Assembly: GCA_964613905.1 (NCBI GenBank) | Contig: CAZTIV010000008.1 | Location: 548 to 60,193 of the forward strand | Reading direction: 5' to 3' | DNA: 59,646 nt | DNA from: an uncultured Gemmatimonadaceae bacterium | Lineage (GTDB): Bacteria; Gemmatimonadota; Gemmatimonadetes; Gemmatimonadales; GWC2-71-9 | Part shown: one piece after another, positions 23,912-32,933 of the stretch | How positions within the stretch are numbered: position 1 is the stretch's first letter | Layout: each line of letters begins with the position of its first letter | Notes under the pieces: model-generated | Told to the model about the DNA's origin: nothing | Databases searched by the model: none | The model's input: only the letters and a program-made list of their open reading frames with translations | Made by a program: the position numbers and the translations under genes

Positions 23912-26005
23912 ATGCGCGAGTACCCTGGAACTCATATCCGGAACGTCGCCGTGGCCGGTCACGGGGCCTGCGGCAAGACTTCGCTGGTTGACGCCCTGGC
24001 GTTCGTTACCGGCAGCAGCAAGCGGCACGGATCGGTCAAAGATGGCACCGCCCTGACCGACTACACTCCCGACGAAATCGAACGCAAGTACTCCATCAGT
24101 CTGGCGCTCGCTCATGCCGAGTGGATGGAGACCAAGCTCAACCTCCTGGATACCCCCGGGTACCTGGACTTCCTGGGTGACGCGGTAGCCGGCATCCATG
24201 CAGCTGACGCTGCGTTGATCGTGGTGGGAGCCACGTCCGGCGTGGAGGTGGGAACAGAGCTTGCCTGGAGTACCGCCGAGCAGCGCGGCATTCCGCGGCT
24301 CTTCTTCGTATCCATGATGGACAAGGAGCACGCCAACTTCGAGAAGGTTTATGAGGACATCAAGGCGCACCTCACGCCCAAGGTGATTCCCATAGAGATC
24401 CCCATTGGCGAGGGGCCCGATTTCCACGGAATAGTGAACCTGTTCTCGCGAAAGGCGCATATCTACAGGAAGGGCACGAAGACCGGTGAATACGACGAGA
24501 CAGACATACCGGCGGAATACAAGGAGCGGTTCGAGCAGTACTCACAGGAGTTGATCGAACGGATCGCCGAGACCGACGATGAACTGCTGGAGCGGTATCT
24601 GGGTGGCGAGGAGATCCCGCGGGACAGCGCGATCGCTGCTCTCAAGGCGGGGATGCTGAGTGGCGATATCTTCCCGCTGCTATGCGGTTCGTCCGAGCTG
24701 ACCTACGGCACGCGCGCGTTGCTGTCGAAGCTGGTGGAGCTGGTACCCGCGCCCACGGAACTGCCTCCGGCAGTGGCCGAGCGATGGGGAAAACCCGAGC
24801 CGGTTGAACTCGAGCGGTCTGACAACGGCCAGTTTGGAGCGCACGTGTTCAAGACCGTCTCGGAACCGCACGTGGGTGATGTTACTTACTTCCGCATCGT
24901 TTCGGGCAAGCTCTCGAGCGGCGCCGAACTGTACAATGCCCCGCGCGACACGGTTGAGAAGCTCAATCACCTGTCGATCACACAAGGCAAGGACCGGACC
25001 GAGGTGCAACTGCTTCACGCGGGGGACATAGGTGCGGTCGCGAAGCTCAAGAACACGCACACAAACGATACGCTCTCGACGCAGGCGCTGCCGATGGTGC
25101 TGCCCAGGATCCCTTTTCCGGAGCCGCTCATAACTATGGCGGTGGAGGTGAAGCAACGGGGTGAGGAGGACAAGCTCTCAACCGGACTGCAGAGGCTGCA
25201 CGAAGAGGATCCAACGTTCCACCACGAGTTCAATCCGGAGCTGGCGCAGACGCTCATCAAGGGTCGTGGGGAACGGCATCTCGAGATCGTAATAGGGCGG
25301 TTGGCCCGGAAGTACGGAGTGCACGCGGAGCTTGTGCGACCCGGGGTTGCCTATCGCGAGACGTTCAAGGGAAAGGGCGACGGACAGGGTAAGCACAAGA
25401 AGCAGAGCGGGGGACGGGGACAATTCGGCGAGTGCTGGATAAGGATGATGCCCCTTCCGCGCGGCAGTGGATATGAGTTCGAGAGCAAGGTAGTGGGAGG
25501 ATCCATCCCCTCGAAGTTCATTCCCGCGGTGGACCGCGGCATACAGGAAGCGGCCGCCCGCGGAGCGATCGCCGGTTATCCGATGGTGGACTTCAAGGTC
25601 GAATGCTATGACGGCAAGTACCACGATGTCGACAGCAACGAGCAGTCATTCAAGATGGCGGGGATCCTGGCGTTCCGTAACGTTGCGCCCGACTGCAAGC
25701 CCGTGCTGCTCGAGCCCATCCTGGAGGTTGAGGTCTGGACTCCTGACGACAACCTGGGTGAGGTGATGGGTGATCTCTCATCAAGGCGAGGGCAGATTCT
25801 GGGAAGTGAAGTTGACGGCCGCTACACCAGGGTGAAGGCCATGGTGCCGGAGGCAGAGATGTACAAGTACTCGACTCAGCTCCATTCCATGACGCACGGC
25901 CGGGGCACGTTCAAGTCCGGGTTTGCGAGTTATCAGGAGGTGCCGCCGGAAATCGCGGCGAAGATTGCGGCGGAGCGGGAGAAGGAGAAGGAGAACGGGA
26001 AGTGA
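23912..26005 (+). CDS. fusA: Elongation factor G paralog (EF-G II / FusA2 type)
   Basis: 697 aa with full EF-G layout: EEDPTF, GERHLEI, KHKKQSGGRGQFG, YHDVDS, LLEPI, GDLSSRRG. Divergent G motifs GHGACGKTS, RKYSI, DTPGY, SMMD. Not in an rpsL-rpsG-tuf context. Confidence 0.92.
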   Translation: MREYPGTHIRNVAVAGHGACGKTSLVDALAFVTGSSKRHGSVKDGTALTDYTPDEIERKYSISLALAHAEWMETKLNLLDTPGYLDFLGDAVAGIHAADAALIVVGATSGVEVGTELAWSTAEQRGIPRLFFVSMMDKEHANFEKVYEDIKAHLTPKVIPIEIPIGEGPDFHGIVNLFSRKAHIYRKGTKTGEYDETDIPAEYKERFEQYSQELIERIAETDDELLERYLGGEEIPRDSAIAALKAGMLSGDIFPLLCGSSELTYGTRALLSKLVELVPAPTELPPAVAERWGKPEPVELERSDNGQFGAHVFKTVSEPHVGDVTYFRIVSGKLSSGAELYNAPRDTVEKLNHLSITQGKDRTEVQLLHAGDIGAVAKLKNTHTNDTLSTQALPMVLPRIPFPEPLITMAVEVKQRGEEDKLSTGLQRLHEEDPTFHHEFNPELAQTLIKGRGERHLEIVIGRLARKYGVHAELVRPGVAYRETFKGKGDGQGKHKKQSGGRGQFGECWIRMMPLPRGSGYEFESKVVGGSIPSKFIPAVDRGIQEAAARGAIAGYPMVDFKVECYDGKYHDVDSNEQSFKMAGILAFRNVAPDCKPVLLEPILEVEVWTPDDNLGEVMGDLSSRRGQILGSEVDGRYTRVKAMVPEAEMYKYSTQLHSMTHGRGTFKSGFASYQEVPPEIAAKIAAEREKEKENGK

Positions 26006-26006
26006 G

Positions 26007-26076
26007 GCGCAGGGTGCAACGTGCAGGGTGCAACGGCCGGGGTGGGCCGTTGCACCCTGCACGTTGCACCCTGCGC
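26007..26076. repeat. 32-bp perfect inverted repeat of GTGCAGG/GTGCAAC heptamers between convergent genes (likely bidirectional terminator)
   Basis: GCGCAGGGTGCAACGTGCAGGGTGCAACGGCC-ggggtg-exact reverse complement. Fills the gap between the stop codons at 26005 and 26078. Confidence 0.93.
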
Positions 26077-26077
26077 G

Positions 26078-27235
26078 TCAGTTCTTCTTTCTGGGCGCCT
26101 TCCGTTTCCCCTTCCCCACAGGCATCCGTCTCGTAGTCAGATATCCGTCCGTCCCGGTAGCCGCGCCTACCAGAACCTCTTCACGCGGCTGTTTCCAGAC
26201 GTAGCGCTCTCCGCGGAAGTTGCGGACTACCAGCTCATCTTCGGTAAGGCTCTCCACATACTCAGGCAGCAACGGAATCTTCCCGCCACCGCCGGGAGCG
26301 TCCACTACGAAATGAGGCACCGCCATGCCGCTGGTCCAGCCACGCAGGCCTTGTATGATCTCCAGTCCCTTCTCGATCGTCGTCTTGAAATGCTCAACCC
26401 CGGCCACATTGTCGCACATGTAGATGTAGTAGGGTCGCACGCGGGCGGTGAGCAGACGCTGCATCAATTCTTTCATGATCTCCACGTCGTCGTTCACGCC
26501 GCGCAGCAGCACGGTCTGGCACCCGAGCGGGATGCCGGCATCCGCCAGCTGCCCCAGCGCCGCCACCGCTGCCGGCGTCAGCTCGTCCGGATGATTGAAG
26601 TGTGTGTTGATGTAGAACGGATGGTGCTTGCGGAGCACCGCGCACAGTTCCGGGGTGATCCGTTCGGGCAGGTGGCATGGTATCCGGCTGCCGATTCTGA
26701 TCACCTCAAGATGCCTGATCCTTCGCAGGCGTGTCAGGATATCATCCAAACGGCGGTCTGACAGGAGCAACGGGTCTCCGCCCGACAGAATCACGTCGCG
26801 GATCTCGCTGTGTTCCTCGAGATAACGGAACGCGCTTTCGAACTGCGACATGGGGATCTTCTCGGGATCGCCAACCTTACGCCGGCGTGTGCAGAACCGG
26901 CAGTAGGCCGCGCAGACCGGGCTCACCAGAAACAGCGCACGATCCGGGTACCGGTGCGTGATGTTCGGTACCGGGCTGTCGGCGTCTTCGCCCAGACTGT
27001 CCGAGACACCATCGACGATCTCCAGTTCCTGAAGGTCCGGGACGTACTGCTTCCAGATGGGATCGCCCGGTTCCCTGATCAGGTCCACCATTGCAGGCGA
27101 GATGCGGAACTCGAAATTGTCCACTGCCTGTTGAAGCCGATCGAGATCCGGGAAATGCTCCGGCCCGAACTTCTCCACCAGATGGTTAAGCGAGGAAAGG
27201 CTCCGTTCGCGCAACAATCGTTGCCAGTCAGCCAT
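26078..27235 (-). CDS. kamA: KamA-family radical SAM/PLP lysine 2,3-aminomutase
   Basis: THRYPDR, CAAYCRFCTRRR (CX3CX2C), LSGGDPL, THFNHP, QTVLLRGVND, PYYIYMCD, VVDAPGGGGK. Start trimmed to ATG 27235. Confidence 0.9.
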   Translation of the reverse strand: MADWQRLLRERSLSSLNHLVEKFGPEHFPDLDRLQQAVDNFEFRISPAMVDLIREPGDPIWKQYVPDLQELEIVDGVSDSLGEDADSPVPNITHRYPDRALFLVSPVCAAYCRFCTRRRKVGDPEKIPMSQFESAFRYLEEHSEIRDVILSGGDPLLLSDRRLDDILTRLRRIRHLEVIRIGSRIPCHLPERITPELCAVLRKHHPFYINTHFNHPDELTPAAVAALGQLADAGIPLGCQTVLLRGVNDDVEIMKELMQRLLTARVRPYYIYMCDNVAGVEHFKTTIEKGLEIIQGLRGWTSGMAVPHFVVDAPGGGGKIPLLPEYVESLTEDELVVRNFRGERYVWKQPREEVLVGAATGTDGYLTTRRMPVGKGKRKAPRKKN

Positions 27236-27761
27236 GTGACCCCACAGTGGTTCCGGATGAGCCGAGGTACTTGACGAAGACGACAAGATCGTCTCCCGGA
27301 GCGTAATACTCCGATATCGGTGGCCGGGCCTCGTATCCCAGCCGCGTGTAGAACGCCCGCGTGGGCGCGTAGTCACCCCGGGACGAAGTCTCCACCACTA
27401 TCAGCCTGCCGCCGTTCGCGGCAATCTGTTGTTCGCAGTGCGCCATCAGCAGCCGGCCAACGCCGCGACCGTGCCACGAAGGATCCACGACGATCCAATA
27501 GAGATCCCAAGTAGCCAGAGTACAGGGTGTGTGCCCGAACGCTGCCCAGCCAACGAGATCGCCATCGCAGTACGCACCTGCACTCCAGTAGTCCTCCTCC
27601 GGCCGCTCGATCGATCCGTCGAACACCTCCAGAGCCACCGGAACCTCGTCGGGCCGGAAGACGCCCGTCGCTTCGACCACCTCACGCAACCGGTCCCGGT
27701 CCGCCGCACCCGGCTTTCTGAGCGTGAGGTTGGAAGCTCGTGCGACTACCACCCGGCTCAT
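27228..27761 (-). CDS. GNAT-family N-acetyltransferase
   Basis: WDLYWIVVDPSWHGRGVGRLL, VETSSR, TRAFYTRLGY. Confidence 0.92.
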   Translation of the reverse strand: MSRVVVARASNLTLRKPGAADRDRLREVVEATGVFRPDEVPVALEVFDGSIERPEEDYWSAGAYCDGDLVGWAAFGHTPCTLATWDLYWIVVDPSWHGRGVGRLLMAHCEQQIAANGGRLIVVETSSRGDYAPTRAFYTRLGYEARPPISEYYAPGDDLVVFVKYLGSSGTTVGSHG

Positions 27762-28795
27762 ACCGTCCTCCTCCCTTCACGTCGCGCGTCGCTGCGCCTG
27801 CTAATGCCCTCGGCCAGCAGAGCCACCGACGCACTCTGTGCCGCCTCGGTGAGGGCCGCCTCAGCCACCTGGACGATCAGCTCTTCGTAGGTCCACCCGT
27901 GTGCGCGGGCCATCCGCGCGAGTCCCGCGTCTTCCGAGATATCAGGGTTGGGGTTAACCTCGATCACCCACGGCTGGTCGGATTCGTCCACCCTCATGTC
28001 CACTCGGCCGTATCCGGTGCCGCCCACCGCTCGCCACGCCTCCCTTGCCACCGAGACAAGCCGATCCGCCAGCGTGCGGGAGATCCGTGCCGGACACACC
28101 GGCTGGCTTCCCACATCATCCGGGCTGCCCTCGTTCCACTTGCCGTCGAATGACAGGATGGGCCAGGTCCCGTCGGGCATGCCGCTGAAGTCGATCTCCG
28201 AAATCGGAAGTGCGCGATCCCCAACGAACCCCACGGCAAACTCGCGACCGCTCACGTACTGCTGGACTATCACTTCGTCGAACTCTTCGCTCAGCTTGGC
28301 CACGCGGGCCACAAGCGCCTTGCGGGTGGTTACGACCGATCCCTGATCGATGCCCACGCTTGCGTCTTCCGCGGCCGGCTTGACGATTACGGGGAGTGGG
28401 AAGTCTGACGGCACACGATGTCCCTTCGGCAGAACCCAGCGCGGTGTGGGCACGCCGAGCGCCTGGAGGTATGCGTTGAGCAGCGGTTTGCTGTGGCAGA
28501 TTGCAATGGTGCGGCTGCGGGCCCCGGTGAAGGGCACCTGTGCCAGTTCGAGCGTTCCCACCACCTTCGGCTCCAGGAGGGAAACCGCCTCGATTCCCTC
28601 GCACAGATTGAAGATCAGATCCATGCGGCGGCACGGGGCAAGCCAGCGCAGCCCCGGACGGACCGGGATACGGATCACCTCATGGTCCCGTTCCCGGAAG
28701 ATCCCGGATACGCGGTCCACGACCTCCATCACCTGGCGGACGTCCTCGTCAGTCCAGGTGACGGCGCCGCCGTCGAACAGGACGCCGACCTTCAA
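27758..28795 (-). CDS. D-Ala-D-Ala-ligase-like ATP-grasp enzyme (second copy)
   Basis: TTG start overlapping the upstream TGA. IFNLCEG, PFTG, IVKPAAEDASVGI, GREF.VG, YGRVDMR, IEVNPNP. Confidence 0.88.
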   Translation of the reverse strand: MKVGVLFDGGAVTWTDEDVRQVMEVVDRVSGIFRERDHEVIRIPVRPGLRWLAPCRRMDLIFNLCEGIEAVSLLEPKVVGTLELAQVPFTGARSRTIAICHSKPLLNAYLQALGVPTPRWVLPKGHRVPSDFPLPVIVKPAAEDASVGIDQGSVVTTRKALVARVAKLSEEFDEVIVQQYVSGREFAVGFVGDRALPISEIDFSGMPDGTWPILSFDGKWNEGSPDDVGSQPVCPARISRTLADRLVSVAREAWRAVGGTGYGRVDMRVDESDQPWVIEVNPNPDISEDAGLARMARAHGWTYEELIVQVAEAALTEAAQSASVALLAEGISRRSDARREGRRTV

Positions 28796-29862
28796 GCCAC
28801 CGCCCCGGCGGGTTCCGGCACGCGTACCTCGAGCCCCGTGATCCGCTTCCACGCTATGCGAACCACTTCCTGAATCAGACCGTCGTAGGTCATCCCGGCA
28901 GTCCAGGCGGCCCTGGGGAAGCAACTGTTATCCGCCGCGTTGGGTATGATGCCCGGCAGCGGGTTTACCTCCACCACGTTGGGAACACCGGCGCCGTCGA
29001 GCCTCACATCCACCCGGGCCCAGTCGCGGCAGCCCAGTGCGCGGTAGGCAGACACTGCCGCCTGCTCAATGCCGCGGCGAACAGACTCGGGAACTTTGGC
29101 CGGGCACTCGAGGAGGTCGAGCGGTTCTTCGGGGCGGTCCCATACCCACTTGGCCTCATAACCCATCACCGGGAGCGCGCCCTCGGGCAGCTGGTCGAAT
29201 CGAAACCGGATGATCGGGAGGGCCCGGGCATCGCCGCCGTTGCCCAGAACGGCTACCGTGAACTCCTCCCCCGGGAGGTAACTCTCGATGAGCGCCGGCT
29301 GGCCGTAGGTCTCAAGCACGTGCAACGCCCGCGCCTTCGCCGCTTCACGGTCCTCTGCATAGCTTGCCTCGGCGATTCCCTTGGACGACCCTTCCCAAAC
29401 GGGCTTCACGAACACCGGGAAGGGAAGGCCACCGTCGAGTCGGTGGAGATCTTCCACGGATTCAACCAGGCGGTACGATGCGGTGGGTACCCCACGGGCT
29501 TTGAAGACCTCCTTGGTGCGGCCCTTGTGCAACGCGAGAGTCAGGGTGAGCGGATCGGAAGCCGTGTACGGTATGCCCAGGAACTCGGCGATGGCCGGAA
29601 CATGCGCTTCGCGGCTGGGACCGTTCAGTCCCTCAGCCATGTTGAACAGGAGATCCACTCTCGCATCCGGGAGCCGCTCGGCGAAATCGCCGACCGCTTC
29701 CAGGCGAACGACTTCACCGAACGCGCGCAAGGCCGCCTCCACCGCGTCGATGGTGGCGGGTTCGTCCCACTCAACGAAAGCGTCTGGTTGATGGGGGAGC
29801 GTTTTGTCCCGGTCTGCCTGACCGAGTGCGGGGCGTTGGTTGTACGCAAGACCGAGTCGCAT
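28792..29862 (-). CDS. D-Ala-D-Ala-ligase-like ATP-grasp enzyme (first copy)
   Basis: LFNMAEG, PYTASD, FVKPVWEGSSKGI, GEEFTVA, WARVDVR, VEVNPLPG. Confidence 0.9.
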   Translation of the reverse strand: MRLGLAYNQRPALGQADRDKTLPHQPDAFVEWDEPATIDAVEAALRAFGEVVRLEAVGDFAERLPDARVDLLFNMAEGLNGPSREAHVPAIAEFLGIPYTASDPLTLTLALHKGRTKEVFKARGVPTASYRLVESVEDLHRLDGGLPFPVFVKPVWEGSSKGIAEASYAEDREAAKARALHVLETYGQPALIESYLPGEEFTVAVLGNGGDARALPIIRFRFDQLPEGALPVMGYEAKWVWDRPEEPLDLLECPAKVPESVRRGIEQAAVSAYRALGCRDWARVDVRLDGAGVPNVVEVNPLPGIIPNAADNSCFPRAAWTAGMTYDGLIQEVVRIAWKRITGLEVRVPEPAGAVA

Positions 29863-29892
29863 CGAACTCCGCAAGAGGAGTTGTTGCGCTAC

Positions 29893-29921
29893 ACGATACG
29901 AAATGCCGAATGGATATGCAA
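29893..29921 (-). promoter_or_regulatory. Sigma70-type promoter of the ATP-grasp/GNAT/kamA operon
   Basis: Minus strand TTGCAT-N17-TATCGT with an upstream A-tract. Confidence 0.65.
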
Positions 29922-29949
29922 TAGGTTTTTTCGGATTTCCGGCGTTGGA

Positions 29950-30444
29950 TCAGCTCGCGCGTCGCCGCTCGTAGCGCCGGAAGGTGTATGGATGCGCGTG
30001 CCGATCGTCGGCGGTATGGACGACTTCGTCCACCAGCACCCAATCAGAAGGATCGAAGGAGGGGAAGAACGTGTCTCCTTCCACGTTCGTGTGGACAACT
30101 GTGAAATACAGCCGGTCGGCTCCAGGCAGAGCCATCCGATAGATCTCCGCTCCGCCGATAACGAACACCTCTTCATCCGGGCCGGCCAACGCCAGCGCCG
30201 CATCGAGGTCGTGCAACGTCTCGGCACCCTCCGCCCGGAAGGATGGGTCCCGGGTTATCACCACATTGCGGCGTTTTGCAAGAGGTTTGCCCAGTTCGTC
30301 CCAGGTCTTCCGCCCCATGATCACCAGCCGGCCGGTGGTGAGGCGTTTGAAGTGTTTGAGATCGTCTGGCAGGTGCCACGGTACCCGGCCGTCGCGGCCG
30401 ATCACGCCGTTCTCGGCCACGGCGGCAATGAGCGATACGGTCAC
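29950..30444 (-). CDS. folA: Dihydrofolate reductase
   Basis: [43 protein letters not shown]. Confidence 0.97.
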   Translation of the reverse strand: MTVSLIAAVAENGVIGRDGRVPWHLPDDLKHFKRLTTGRLVIMGRKTWDELGKPLAKRRNVVITRDPSFRAEGAETLHDLDAALALAGPDEEVFVIGGAEIYRMALPGADRLYFTVVHTNVEGDTFFPSFDPSDWVLVDEVVHTADDRHAHPYTFRRYERRRAS

Positions 30445-31235
30445 ACCGCCACCGGAGCCGGGATGGCCGGGTGGGGTGTGTATCCGGTCAGCGTGAAGTC
30501 CTCGTACCGGAAGTCGAAGAGCGACCGCACCTCCGGGTTGAGCCGCATCGTGGGAAGCGGGCGAGGCTTGCGGGTGAGCTGGAGCTGCACCTGTTCCATA
30601 TGGTTCAGGTAGATGTGGGCGTCACCGAAGGTGTGGACAAACTCACCGGGTGCAAGGTCGTTCACGTGGGCGATCATCATGGTGAGGAGTGCGTATGAGG
30701 CGATGTTGAATGGAACGCCCAGGAACAGGTCCGCGCTCCGCTGATAGAGCTGGCAGGACAGCCGCCCTTCAGCCACGTAGAACTGGAACAAGGCATGGCA
30801 GGGGGCGAGCGCCATGGCAGGCAGCTCGCCCACGTTCCACGCCGACACGACCATGCGGCGGGAATGGGGCGTCTCGCGGATCTGCCTCAGTACCTCGGCC
30901 AGCTGGTCCACGGTGCTGCCATCGGGCGCGGGCCAGGAACGCCACTGCCGGCCGTATATGGGTCCCAGGCTGCCCTCGGCGTCTGCCCACTCGTCCCAGA
31001 TCCGTACCCCGTGTTCGTGCAGATACGCCACATTGGTGTCACCCTTCAGGAACCAGAGCAGCTCGTGGATGATGGACCGGACGTGGAGCTTCTTGGTGGT
31101 GACCAGCGGAAAGCCCTTGCCAAGGTCGAACCGCATCTGGTAGCCGAACACGCTCTGCGTACCGGTACCTGTACGGTCGGTCTTTGGATGGCCCTGGTCC
31201 AGGACGTGGCGAAGGAGATCGAGGTACGGTTTCAC
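30441..31235 (-). CDS. thyA: Thymidylate synthase (264 aa)
   Basis: [45 protein letters not shown] start at 31235. Confidence 0.98.
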   Translation of the reverse strand: MKPYLDLLRHVLDQGHPKTDRTGTGTQSVFGYQMRFDLGKGFPLVTTKKLHVRSIIHELLWFLKGDTNVAYLHEHGVRIWDEWADAEGSLGPIYGRQWRSWPAPDGSTVDQLAEVLRQIRETPHSRRMVVSAWNVGELPAMALAPCHALFQFYVAEGRLSCQLYQRSADLFLGVPFNIASYALLTMMIAHVNDLAPGEFVHTFGDAHIYLNHMEQVQLQLTRKPRPLPTMRLNPEVRSLFDFRYEDFTLTGYTPHPAIPAPVAV

Positions 31236-32899
31236 CTGACAGCCTCCACGGCGCGGAGTGGGGACGTGCGCCAACCGGCGGTCCGCTCTACCCGTGAGAG
31301 TGCGCGGGCGACCTCACCGGGGATGTTGGCCGCGCGTGGACCCACCTTGAGGGCTTCAAGGGGTTGGGCTTCGCCGCGCGGCACGATCACACCGGGGTTC
31401 ATCACGTCGGCCGGATCGAACGCCTCCTTCACCTTCCGGAACAACGCGACTACATCCGGGCCGTACACCTGCTCCAGTAACGGAGTTCGCAGGCGACCGT
31501 CCCCGTGCTCGCCGCTGGGAGTACCCCCGAGGCTCAGTACGAGGTTGGTCACCGCCCCCAGAAGATCCTTCATTCGTCGTTCGAATGCGGGATCGGTAGT
31601 ATCAACCAGGGCGTTCACATGGAGGTGTCCGTCGCCGGCATGACCGAACGCCACCACGTCGATCCCGTACTGCCGAGCGGCCTGCCGGACGCCGGCCAGA
31701 TACTCACCGAGCCGGGCAACCGGCACACAGCCGTCCTCTATTACCTGGAGTGAGCGCCGCTCGGCGGGCAGTGCCGCCAACGCGGGGCTTGCCGCCTGAC
31801 GGACGGCCCAGAGACGGTCGCGGTGTGCGGGATCGAGCGCGGTCTCGAGCAGGGGCACGTTGTTGCGAAACTCCCGTTCGATGTTTTCGAGGGCACCTCG
31901 GACGGAGCCGGCCTGCTCCGCCTCGAACTCGACAAGCAATATGGCTTCCAGGTCGGCCGCCGGCGCGGCCTCCGGACCGGCCACACAAAGAAGCGTGCGG
32001 TCCAGCAATTCGAGCGCCACCGGGTTGAGTGGAAGGATGCGCCGGATGACGTCGTCCAACTGATCGAGCCGGCCCAGACCCACGAGCGCGGTTCCGGCGT
32101 GGTCCGGGATCAGTTCGAGGGAGAGTTCCACGCGCGTTACAAAGCCAAGGGTCCCTTCCGATCCGATCACCAGGTCTACCAGATCTCCCGACTCGAGATA
32201 CCGGTCGAGAGCGTAGCCGGAGGAGTTCTTCCGAGTGGCAGGGAAACGATCCCGGATCTGCTCAGCATGTGCTTCGATAGCCGGCGCCGCGTCTGCGAAT
32301 CGGTCTTCGGCAGCCAGTCGATCGACCAGTTTTCGCGGTATCGGGGGGAGTCTCGGGTCGCGCGGGGGACGCCTGTGCGCAGCGCGGGGGAGCCAGCCCG
32401 CTTCGCCATCGACCGTGACCAGTTCCACGCCGCGCACCCAGGAGCGGATGCTTCCGGCCTTGAGACTCCGCGCCCCGGCGGCGTTGGTAGCCACCATGCC
32501 GCCGATGGTGCAGAAAGCTCCGCTCGAAGGGTCCGGAGCCGGCCGGAATCCGAAATGACGGGCGGTTTCGTTCAGTGCCTGCCAGACCACCGCCGCACCG
32601 ACATTAGCGGTGCGGGCAAGGTTTACCGAAGCCGGGCGGATAAACGCTCCCAGGTCTACGACGATACCGTGTCCCAGGTTGCCGCCGGTCACGCCGCTCC
32701 CGGCGCCACGCGGCGTGAGGGCGGTGCCGCGTTCGGCTGCATCGCGGGCGAGCAGCGCAAGGTCCTTGAGGTCGGTCGGGAAGGCTACCGCCCGCGGTAC
32801 TATGCGGAACGCTCCGGCACCTTCGCTGTACGCGGCGGTGGCCGTGAGGTCGGTCAGGAATCGGCCGGTGAAGCCGGTGGGGGGAGAGAGGCCCGCCAT
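31232..32899 (-). CDS. FAD-linked oxidase (GlcD / D-2-hydroxyacid dehydrogenase family)
   Basis: [53 protein letters not shown]. Confidence 0.88.
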   Translation of the reverse strand: MAGLSPPTGFTGRFLTDLTATAAYSEGAGAFRIVPRAVAFPTDLKDLALLARDAAERGTALTPRGAGSGVTGGNLGHGIVVDLGAFIRPASVNLARTANVGAAVVWQALNETARHFGFRPAPDPSSGAFCTIGGMVATNAAGARSLKAGSIRSWVRGVELVTVDGEAGWLPRAAHRRPPRDPRLPPIPRKLVDRLAAEDRFADAAPAIEAHAEQIRDRFPATRKNSSGYALDRYLESGDLVDLVIGSEGTLGFVTRVELSLELIPDHAGTALVGLGRLDQLDDVIRRILPLNPVALELLDRTLLCVAGPEAAPAADLEAILLVEFEAEQAGSVRGALENIEREFRNNVPLLETALDPAHRDRLWAVRQAASPALAALPAERRSLQVIEDGCVPVARLGEYLAGVRQAARQYGIDVVAFGHAGDGHLHVNALVDTTDPAFERRMKDLLGAVTNLVLSLGGTPSGEHGDGRLRTPLLEQVYGPDVVALFRKVKEAFDPADVMNPGVIVPRGEAQPLEALKVGPRAANIPGEVARALSRVERTAGWRTSPLRAVEAVR

Positions 32900-32933
32900 C
32901 AGGCCCTCAATCTAGCGCGGGCCCCGGCGCGCA

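Noticed and set aside
23717-26076. Composite mobile element carrying EF-G between two inverted repeats
   Set aside because: The two IRs are unrelated in sequence and each pairs only with itself. No transposase or target-site duplication is visible.
26078-27235. kamA as EpmB (EF-P beta-lysylation), suggested by the neighbouring translation factor
   Set aside because: It has LAM-type GGGGK and YxCD motifs, no efp or epmA lies nearby, and the EF-G gene is convergent in a separate transcription unit.
27758-29862. Housekeeping ddl or van-type glycopeptide resistance genes
   Set aside because: The Ddl N-terminal GGxSxE motif is absent, and there is no mur/fts or vanH/vanX context.
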